The translations under genes were made by a program, and so were the position numbers. Positions 25,431 through 35,559 of a DNA stretch of 64,000 bases are shown in pieces. Where the stretch lies: positions 1,116,001-1,180,000 of the forward strand of contig JAYWIR010000026.1 in NCBI GenBank assembly GCA_036172245.1, read 5' to 3'. This DNA comes from Raillietiella orientalis (Eukaryota). Numbering within the stretch: position 1 is the stretch's first letter; each line of letters begins with the position of its first letter. The notes beneath the pieces were generated by a model that saw nothing but the letters and a program-made list of their open reading frames with translations, did not search any database and was not told the origin of the DNA.

Positions 25431-25798
25431 TCAAGCAGGGAGACAGCTTAATAAATCTGCTATTCAGCATCTTCTTTAATTTGTTCCTCAGGTTTTTATT
25501 GCAACATTTATAGTTATATTTCTGTAATATATGAATGTCAGTTTCTACTACAATTTTGCGAATCTCAATTTCACAGGGGCTTGAAGTGTCTTTGAGTACA
25601 CAGTTGTTAATGGGTTACATTTTAAACAGTCGTTTGTATCTGTGTCGCCTTCAGAGGCACGTTAGAATCTCAATTGCTCTTACTATCGGAGGTCTAGTGA
25701 AGCTGTTGAAAAAGGTGCCATCTATTGGCAGAACTATGCTGGGATCGGAGAGGATTTGTGATTATTCCTCTGGACATACAGAACATATCTCTGTGTGT

Positions 25799-27864
25799 GT
25801 TTGGTCCAGGTTCTTAAGGCGCTGGCTTCCTCCAAGGTATTCCGTTGGCTAATCAGGAGGGTTGGGTCTAGAGATGTGATTGAGCTATATGTCCCTGGAG
25901 AACTTTATAATTTGGGTGCATAGATTTCGGGAGATCGAGGTAATTGTTCTGTGAAGGCTGCCGAGCAATTTTAAGAGTTTGTCGTTTTGGGGATCCCCTG
26001 AACCCGATCACAAAGGCTTGGTGGATGGTGCAGAGGCCATGTTGCCTAAGTGCCGCTTCGATCTCTGTATATTTACGAATTTTGCCTTCTCGAGGATGCT
26101 GTAGAGATGATGCACGACTTTCAAAAGAGACCACAACGTCAATTATAACAACTGTAGACGCATTTTGTAGGAAAACGTCGGAGCGAAGGGTGGAGTTCAG
26201 CACATCGACCCGGCGATCTTTCAGAGCAATGGGCCATCTAGGAAAGAGAATCTTGTACAGTGTGTCGACAACAAAGTCATGTCTTCGAGTGATGTTGTTC
26301 CAAGCTGGATTGAACAATGACACAGAACATGGGCCAATGTTCCTATCACGGAGCCACATTTTCGGCATTGTTCAGATTCACCACGTGTTTTCCGATTTCC
26401 GTTTAGAAATAATTGGTTTAGGCGGGCGCGATGTAGGAAACGCCAGACTGTAAATCGGAACCCATTACATGAGGATAGGAATGACATGGAGGCTTGGCGA
26501 AGGGCAACACATTCCATTGTCTCCCCTAGGGCTGGCATGACTTGAAATGATACTCGTTTGTGCTTTCCAAAGTGAGCACGTATCGTTTGTGCTACTTGCC
26601 TACGTTGCGAGAGCGATTGAATTTTGGGGTTTTCATGCTAAGGAAAGGACAGGGAGAGCTTATAATGTTCCACCTTGTGAGTAGATGTTTCGTAGCTTCC
26701 CGTAATGCGGATCACATCGTGCAAAGGTCACCACTTGGGCGGACTAAAGGGGACAAAGTGCATTCATTGCGGTGTCGCGCAAACAGGAGTAGGTCGGGAG
26801 GGGCGTGAGCCTGTCTACGTCCCTCATCGGAAAGGGTTGAGAAGGCAAGATCGGTCACACGGGGATCCATGCATCTTGACAGCTTAAACGCAGAGTCAGC
26901 TATCATGGTTTGTGCTTCATCGACGTGCAGCATTATCCCAAGTCATCAAGGTGTTCGAGATGGCGATGGGACGAAATTGTGTCACGTCCTTGTGGTCAGA
27001 TGCTCCAGATTTTGGAATTAGATCTGTACGTGATCTCTTTCAGTCTTTAGGGATTCGCAAGTGGTGGATATAGACTTTGTAAAGGGCAAAAAGAGAAGAT
27101 CCGTCTGGATCACCTTTTCGAAGGAAGGAGTAGGGGATTCCATCATTTCCAGGGGCAGTGTCCTGAGCGTTCCGTAATGTGAACACAACTTCCTGAGCGG
27201 TAATGTTCGTGCAATGAACTTCCCAAGAAGCAGGAACTGAAGGTCTTTTCTGAAGAATTCCGGTATTAATATACTTCGCTGAGGATTTCTCACTAAAGGT
27301 TGTTTCAACTGTGGATATAGGAACGTTGAATTGGATGGGATTTCGGTGCAGAAGTGTGCGGATAGCTCGCTTTCTATTCCGTCGATACAAGGTTCGAAGA
27401 TTCTTTGGGGAGGTTAGGCGAAAAGCATTACAAGAAGCAATGGGTCTTCTAGAGCGGTTTAAGGGGCGTATGCTTAATGCAGAGGTCATCGTTTTTATGA
27501 CTTTATTGAGGATTGTCGATGGTACGTTGCCAATTGTCGTCAGACTTCGATTGACTTAGGAGAGATGTGACACTCCAGGTGTAAGCAATGAGCACAAAAT
27601 GTGTGTTTGTGTGTAGTATATGCCGAAAATTTGGCAGAAAATGTTACACTTCAGAGTTATTCGATGCGGGTTCGTTGAATGTGCGCAAAGGATACGGATG
27701 AATTAGATGTACGAGTGGCGCATCCTGTTCTGAGGTTCCGGAATCAGGGCAGTGTGATGGTACTCTTGGAGGCACAGGGGCTGTCACAACACAGTTTGCG
27801 GTGGCTAAAGAATCCGTGATTTCTAGGGCTCTAAGTGAAACGGGTCCGTGTGTTGCTTTTGCTG
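25799..27864 (-). mobile_element. Inverted copy of the RLE element 3' part
   Basis: Same ORF translations as 19850-21915; paired coordinates sum to 47714. Confidence 0.9.
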
Positions 27865-27869
27865 ACCTA

Positions 27870-28800
27870 CTAGAACCGCACTTTCCTCTTTCCTGAGATT
27901 TCTACAGTAAGTTCGCATTCTGCCGCGAGGTTGCTGCCAGTGCGTTCATGAAGAGAGGGCACCGCAACCGCGAGGAAGGGTTAGCCCGCCCGCGCGCTCT
28001 TCCCGGGATCTTCCAAAACCTAACGGAGCGTGCAGTCACGTGCGTCAGGAAACGTGTTCCACACGTGGCTTCTGGATCCTCGCCCAAATGCAAACAGTTT
28101 CCTCCAACAGGGCGCAACCGTTTGCGTGGCGCCAAGAAATTTATCCTTTTTCTCACTGCCATTCTGACCACCTGACGCAGCTGCAGTCCGCGATGTATGA
28201 CATTGCGTGGGCGGTGCTCAAGTAAAGATGTACCACCCTGCCGAAGACTTGCTGTACGGGCAGGTTAGCACCATACTCAGCCCCCAATGTTTTCCAATAG
28301 GGCGAGTGCCCTCCACTGGAGCCGGAGCTCCATTCGCTACATCGTCAGCAGAAATGGTTGCCGTTTTGGCACCCATACCACACATCCTTCAGGCGGACTG
28401 GGCACTCCCTTTGCACCAAAAAGTGTTCCGGAAACCGGATGCCTTCGTTGACAAGTCTGGACTGAAAACTGTCGCTACGGGGTACTTCCATGAAACGAGA
28501 AGTACTTCGGTGTTGTTACACTTTAAATGCAAGAAAGGAGGCATTCCATCCACTTGCCCAATCGCAGGGACATGCCATTTTATAATGCTGTGGACCAATA
28601 CCTCCCCACAGTGTGAAGAGGCGCGCTGCTCTTTTCGGCAGCGAGCCTTCCAAAGATCAAGGGAAGCGTCCTTCCGGGTTCTTATTAGGAGGAACAACAA
28701 GGTGCACTTCCCCTCTGTGCGCTGTTCGCAGTGGAAATAAAGGGTGACACCATCTTGATGATCCCTATGGAGAAAGCGGGGAATAGGTTTCCCTATCAAG
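27870..28800 (-). other. Unclassified decayed coding relic (probable DNA-transposon fragment); also at 19404-19850, 44335-45270 and 60773-61670
   Basis: Cys/His-containing broken frames (HCEQRTEGKC, SSHCGEV, NCLHLGEDPEATCG) present in four diverged copies. Family not recognised. Confidence 0.35.
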
Positions 28801-30279
28801 CGTTAGAGGTGTTGAATTCTGCCTCGCAAGCCTTCCTGTATTCATAGGTTGCGCCCCCAAGGGTTGCCCCTTATAACTTAAGGAGTCCCAGAATAATTCT
28901 ATACCTGATTTAACACATACATTTTGTATCAAATCTGGAAAGTGAATTGAAATCTACTTGTATTTATATTACATCGCAAATGTTTTTTATAACAGTCATT
29001 CAATATATAATATATTGCACCCAAATGGAAATTATTCAAATTCATACAGAGAACATAGTCAAAAGAAATAGTAAATGTTGAATAATATAACTTGTCAGTA
29101 TTACAAAATTTAGATTTTTAAGCAATGCTAGTTAGCAGAAAGTTTCGCTGGGTTATAATAATTGTTTGTGTAAGGAGATGGTAGTTGAGATTGTAAGAAT
29201 TCAGTGTCATTTTAATGAGCAAAAAGAAGATCTGAGTGGAACATGGTATAAAGGGAATCTTTAAAATTATGGATTCGTTTAGGGAATAAGTTTGCTGGTC
29301 GTATGATTTATCTGAGTATTGGAAGATGTCTTCAAGTAAGTAAATACTTTATTGTCTACAAGTTGATTCGATATTATTTGGTGTCTGATAGGCAGCATCC
29401 GGTGGCGCGGATGGTGACACCGAGCTAGGCGACCTCAACGAACGAAAGCGAACGGTTTTACAGCATTCGTCGTACGCAAACCACCCCACCCCCAAAAATA
29501 GGCACAACTAGAGAGCAAACCCCCCGAAGTTTAACGGCTCAGACTCCTTTCCCACTGTAGGAATTCCCGCGTTTTTCGGGAAGGGGGATCGTGCCCGAGC
29601 TGTGGAATTTCTCCGCGGATCAGAGCAGCAAATGGAACAGCGAATGGAGTGAATGCGTTTGGATGCTGGGTTACTACGCATGGATGGACCGAACGAGCAC
29701 AAGTCTTGACACAGCTCTAAGAATTCTCAGTAGAAAAAAACACGACGCGGTAGAGAGCAATGGGAAGAGTATGAAAAGACAAACGTTTACCAAGAGAAAT
29801 AGCCGGGACGCACACCACCAGGCGCAAGTGGGACATCTTGATTGCTTCTGGAAGAGAGCTCCCAAACGTCGATTACAAAGCACGGATCAGGAGTGCCGAT
29901 GTGGGTCGGAAGATCACCACGCAACCAGGGCAGCACCATGAGCGCCAGATGATGGATGTGCCATTTGTAGTGAGAGCTCCCTGCATTTTCCAAAAGGAGC
30001 GAAATCTGGTACCCAGTTCTTACATTTAGAATTGCGAAGGTGTTCCCAGAGACAGCTGCAGATCTTTAGATGCTACGTCAAAGGACCTCTGCGGAGGCGT
30101 ATGATTCACGCGACGCAGACTCTCTGAAAGACTTCGTGCTAATGCATTCATCGCGAAGATGAGATCGCAGACTGTGTTTCTCAAGTGATTTTCCAGATCT
30201 TTCATTCCCTGAGCAGCTGAGTGTCTCCTTCCAATCTCTTTGTTTTCTTGGAAGTTCATTATTCTTGTGAAGGCAACTC

Positions 30280-30930
30280 GAGACAGTGGTGTGCAAATTT
30301 GCGTCGTCATGCTCCGTTCCGTGGGAAAATGGCGTTTCCTTGCAGTGTACTTCTTGCTGGTATCTGCATTTTATTTTGTCTTTCTCTTCATTTTCTTGTT
30401 GCATTTGTACAAATTTGCCTCAAGAAAGCGACCCACTAACCAATCCCTTCGGTTGAATGAGTGTTTCGGCAAGGCAGCGTACAGTTCCATCTCACCGATG
30501 CAGGATCCTGGCGATGGAAACGCTACTCCGTAAGAGGGGAGTTACAGGTTCTGTCATTTCATACACTCTACTGATTAATGAACCACCATCCGCTATGTTC
30601 TGTCCACCCGACTTTAAGTCCATGACATTCATTGAAATTTCGCTGAAGGGTTTTGCAGACTCCGCGTTCGAGAAGAGGCTGGAGGCTTTGTCGCTTCCGA
30701 TGTTCATCGTTCCACTCTGAGAACTCCAATTTCTGTCAAGTGGTCCAAGTCCATGAACGCCAGAAGAAGAGTACGATAGTAATTTGAAACCGTACTCGCG
30801 ACTTTCACACAAACTGCAGGGATTTCAACATGCGTTTCGCAGCATCAGAATTGCAAGATGCTTTCCTCACGTTTATGGATCACAGCGGGAAAAACTTCCT
30901 TGCTGCCAGCCTCTGCTGTGACTTCAGAGT
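30280..30930 (+). pseudogene. Possible PHD finger plus Ulp1-like protease relic (transposon cargo); repeated in copies 2 and 3
   Basis: CSVPWENGVSLQCTSCWYLH...CCIC is PHD-like. It is followed by GSVISYTLL..MFIVPL*..EEYDSNL with C48-protease-like spacing. Degenerate. Confidence 0.3.
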
Positions 30931-31629
30931 AGTCCAAGAGGAACAGAGGGAGAACGAGAAAATCGCTTTTTCAGTGCGCGCTTGTTGATGGGCCGTCGAA
31001 AGCACTCGCCATTGGGTTCGGATAAGACGGCGGCATAGGCGAAGAGATCGACGGAAAAAAGCGCCGTCTGCTGCTTGCCACGAAAAGAGATGCCTAGGCA
31101 ACATGCAGGCTTTCTCTGGTCCCTTTCGTGTTCCCATCCCGCCGTGCCTGACCGCGGACGGGTGAGTTGACCTTCACTGCCGGTGAAGGTCGCCTAGTTT
31201 GCGTGTGTACGGGCATTTCGGAGGACAGGATGGCGATGGCAGCAGCCGTGAGAGTGCATCCGCATCCAGGATACGCCAAGTGCTTCTCCGGATTACGCAG
31301 AAGCGTTCTCTTGTCAAGATGAACCAGTTGAGGCGCAGTTCCCGAGTGAAAAGAGCAAAAGCATTTCAAGAGGATTCTATATCTGACACGCAGATCGGGA
31401 CATAGAAAGTACCGAAAGGGGAGTGGAGAGGAAGCACTACAAAAACAAAATTTGGAAATCCTAGGTAAATGGGGAAGGGTCTTTGCGTATGCTGCGTGGA
31501 CGCCGGGATGTATTTATACAATCCGGGGAAGTTCCGCAACGAAAGGGAGAGAGGAATGAGGAAAAACAGCAAGTGAAGGGAGGCAAGGGACAAGGTCCAC
31601 GGATATCCGCCGTTCCTCATTCCTTCCGG

Positions 31630-32165
31630 AACCGATGCCGGATGTCCGTGATCTCCCTCTTGACTCTCGCTTGGAGGCGAAGTCACCTCGCAGCCGTCCT
31701 GCTATAGGTAACGGCCCTTCTGGTGACCTCCGTTCGCGGTCACTTTTTCTCCATGACGTGACGATGAATGTCCTCGAAGGTGCTACCTCCGCGAGGAACC
31801 ATCGCCGCAGATCGCGATCAGGGTGTCAAACTGTTGAAGTCGCATTGATCGGAAACAAGAACTTTCGGACGGTATAGGAGTTCAAAGGCAGGTGCGGGCG
31901 TGGACACCACCGACCTGCACCAAGAATTCCGATCTAGCATGCAATCTCTGCGGAAACGGAGGTGCGTGCTCCGGTTGCACTAGATTCCGCAGCGCATGAA
32001 AAGCAGCACAGACTCCTTCAAGGAGATCAGGAACGCATAGGCGTCCAGGCATCGGGAAGAGACCACACGCTCCTCGGCGACAATCCTCTCCAGTGTACTC
32101 CAAAGAAGGATTCCCGTAGCCAGAGAACCCGTATTGCCAGCCTCCACCGCCTACTGCCTCCTTTA
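31630..32165 (-). mobile_element. Decayed RT fragment (also ~48100-48640)
   Basis: WQYGFSG (QxGF) and VPRGGS..HVME (GVPQG-like). Confidence 0.5.
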
Positions 32166-32169
32166 AGTT

Positions 32170-32229
32170 ACGCAACGCCGACGTAAGAACTATGCATAAT
32201 GATGCATAGTTCTTACCTCGGCGTTGCGT
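32170..32229. repeat. 60-nt hairpin (28-bp arms, 1 mismatch, 4-nt loop), copy 1 only
   Basis: ACGCAACGCCGACGTAAGAACTATGCAT-aatg-ATGCATAGTTCTTACCTCGGCGTTGCGT. Confidence 0.95.
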
Positions 32230-32416
32230 TATGAAGCGTAATCTATCGAAGAGGCCCGCGAGGAAAGGCGGGTCGCACTCGTCTTCCTCCAGGGGTCCGC
32301 TCTCCGTCCATGATGATCAGTCCTCAGCAGAAAGATCCCAAAGCACCAAAATTACTCTTAGCACAACTCCGTTTCTATTCTTGCCAAACTGAGGGGTCGC
32401 ACGCACGTTACGATGC

Positions 32417-35353
32417 ATGGTGGCACTTTGCATCCGCTGGGCTCTCTCGTTTACGTTTGTTCCCACCGCGATTTGCACGGAGGGCCACCACAGGTGCAGA
32501 GCGAAATTCGGTTCGCGTTTGCGGAAAGGTCACAACACGCAATTACACGTAGAAGCAAATATCACAGTTTTCTTCCAGACAGAATGTTGGGCCTACCAGG
32601 ACCAAACGAATGACCTCAAGCGACCGGTCTCCGTTGAGAGAAGCCCGTTTTCTGCCACCACGCCTGGAAACAATTCGGTGTTCGACCGATTCATCATTCA
32701 AACCCTAACGGGAGGCTGCACCCTGAATGCGGTCGTCGGAGGGAATTTCAACACTGCTGTTCTAACCACTCCCAATTTCCCAGCCAACTTCCCTGCGAAC
32801 ACAGTATGCGTTCTGGAGCTTCAGGTAAGAGCTACCTTTCCAACTGAAGACTTGCTGACCTCCTCCCTCAACTCAGCCTCAGAATCCATGGTTGTCTCCG
32901 GAGAATGTCTTTGGAGTTTTCTCAGCTCCTTTCGCGCTCGGAGCGGGTGGTGTGCTCACCCTTGAGGACACTCTGCGTGTGAGACAGTGAGGTTCCCTTT
33001 ACCGCCATTTCTTTCCTTGGATAGTTAGGGGATTCTCTTGGGAACTAGCAGTTGAAAAGAATTGCTTTCTTTCGGAAGACGCAAAACGGGTTTCTCTCTT
33101 TTCCAGAGTTCTAGTAAGTGGGGATCTTCCGGGGTTCCCGAACATCGCACTCTTTCTGCCCGGGAGGATCACTTTCCAAGGGGTTGTGGCTGCTCAAGGT
33201 TTCCAGCTCACCCTGAGAACTGTGAGAAACGCTTACCAAGTCACCTCGTCCTGGATAACACATCAGACCACCATCTCCGCAAGCATGGTGCAAAGTCTTC
33301 CGATTCCACAGCAGTTTCTCTCTCTACTGGTCAGGGTACGTTTCCCCTCCCTAGCGCGTCCCTCAGGCGCTGTTGCGTTGGAAACGCGCGTTTCGCGTGA
33401 GCACTGAACAAAACGCCACGCTCATATGCCATGGGAAACGTGGGTGAAAGGACACTTCGCTGCAGGGCATCCTCCATCGAAATCCCGAACTCCGAAATCT
33501 CCAAACTAAAAGTTTCAAAAGACTAGAAAAATAAACGCAGGTGCATATCATATACGTTAATATGGGAAATTCTATACTTGTAAATATGTACAAAAATATA
33601 TAATGTTAAGATGTTCAGTATACATCACCAAGATTAGTGTTGGTTTATTGGAGATCCGTAACATATATTGCTCCATTTATTTATCAAAATCAATATTACC
33701 TTATCCATTGAACGCATCTGTTTATTTTTCATATCCTTTGAAATATTATATTCGACCTTATATTCTCTTATGTCTTAATGCATGTTAATATGTATGGACT
33801 AGTGGGAAAGTTTATTTTACATACGTATTGAACTGTATCGATGTACAGATCATATACAGTAATGTTATTTCAACGTATACCTTCATGAGTACTTCCAAGC
33901 ATGCATGTTATGGATACAACTTACAATACAAGGCTAAGTATATGAACTGTTCGTTGGTTAACATATTTAAGATTCTAAAAATGAATGTGCATGCCTTTTG
34001 CATATTTTTATGCAACCGATTTCATGGTTGTTACATTTTCAAATGAAATTATTAGCACTATTGTGATTCATAGGTGGATATACAAATGTTTCTTGCTATA
34101 CGTATACACTTTTATAATGAGTGAATCACATTGAGAAACATTATTCACACTATATTAAAGATTATAAAAGAAAGCGAAAATGAATATGTGTTTCTGCATA
34201 TAACAAGGATACGTGATGAGAATATGCGATTATGGAATGCGTGTCTTTCTCCAGTGATGGAACTTCCGGAAGTGGAATCCATTACTTCTAGAGGAGAATT
34301 CATTGAGTGCTCGAAATGGTAAGAAAAGGAAACACCGACCTTTCTTCTTTGCCTCTTTGAGTTTCCTCTTTTTTGCATTCCCTTCTATTTGCAACTGCCG
34401 CCATTACTTTACTTTCGTACAATCCCATATGTAAGTTCTCATTTCATAAACATCACCACAGATGTAGTTGCATGTTCATACGTATACTCAACACATGTGC
34501 TTATGTTTCAGAATCTTTCTTACATATGTTAAAAATACATTAATGCAAATCATTATTCATTATATCGATATTATGCATGTCGACAGGAAAGTGCGCTAAA
34601 GAGATTTTGAATTTACACGGATACATCAATGCTTCCATTGATATACATGAGAAGCACACATTCTTTTTTATAGTCTTTGCAGCATACGATAATGCGTATA
34701 CCAAACTATATACGAGTGCATGCATATTGCTACATGCAAGAAACTCGTGTCATCATTTTCGAGCTCCTGCAGGATTTCGATCCTTGGAGATTTCGCTGTT
34801 TGGGATTTGAACAAGAATCTGTTGGAGGACCCTTCTTGTCCGTGGTATGGGTGCTCACCCTGCAAAAAGTAGGGGCTGAAGACGACTCACGAGCTTTGTG
34901 CTGTGAACGGTGCACGCAGTGTCGGCACTCGTGGGATCCGGGAACAAGACACGGTTCGACCACGGTTTTCAATGCTAGCCACGTCCACCCGCGAGCAGAT
35001 GGCGTTTGTGCGCATGTGCGAGCACGTTTGGTCGGCACGGGGTGCCGGTTCGGGTGATCGAATCAGATTCCCTTCTGCATCTTGTCTTCCTGTAGCCGTG
35101 GAGGAATTACTGCTCCAGGGTACACGCCACCGTGACCAATTTGGATCTTCGTACCGGAGAAAAGCTTTCAGTTGGGAGAAATGGACAGAATCTTCCACCC
35201 ATGGATATTTTAACTGTAGTGGGCCCATCCACTTCGAGCTTCAGCGTGACCTCAAACCGGAATCGAGCACTTGACCTTTTCTACTACACCGATAGCAATG
35301 CACAAGGAGTGGCTGGAGGATTCACTGTGTGGCATTACTGTTGCATCTACTGA
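32417..35353 (+). CDS. Spliced gene for a probably secreted protein with divergent CUB-like domains, copy 1
   Basis: Signal-like N-terminus MVALCIRWALSFTFVPTAIC. Phase-compatible exons 32417-32824 (GGCTLN..LTTPNFPANFPANTVCVLELQ|gtaag), 32877-32986 and 33107- (RITFQGVVAAQGFQLTL). Candidate exons 34255-34318 and 34773-35030. Terminal exon 35096-35353 (LDLFYYTDSNAQGVAGGFTVWHY) with AATAAA at 35486. Phases of the middle exons are unresolved. Confidence 0.75.
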
Positions 35354-35559
35354 AGCTCTCACTGCTGAGCCCACGCGTTCAGAGCTGGAAACCACAGTTA
35401 GGAATTTGTGGGTGTTGCGTCTTCGGTGCTCATAAATGTTGCACCGGAGCATTACTTGTGAGTCCTTTGATTTTCCTGCTTTATAAATAAAAGGAAACTA
35501 ATTTTCGTCTTATTCGAAGCCACCTCTACCCCTTTGGAGCAGTTGGCATTCTTTTCGAT

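Larger units (their letters stand above)
19719..27995. repeat. Long inverted repeat: arms 19719-21915 and 25799-27995, spacer 21916-25798
   Basis: Mirror ORFs (e.g. 21346-21846 +, 25868-26368 -). By eye only about 5 SNPs in the body plus a few in the innermost ~35 bp. Lower-identity homology continues out to ~19405/28310. Confidence 0.97.

Noticed and set aside
19719..27995. Arms as TIRs of a DNA transposon/Polinton, or as inverted LTRs (DIRS)
   Set aside because: The arms are retroelement coding sequence. The spacer has no transposase, integrase, polB or tyrosine recombinase, and no target-site duplication is seen.
29392..29480. tRNA/SINE or hammerhead ribozyme (A-box-like GGTGGCGCGGATGGT; CTGATAG...GAAA)
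   Set aside because: No B box or cloverleaf; the hammerhead core (CUGANGA) and stems do not match.
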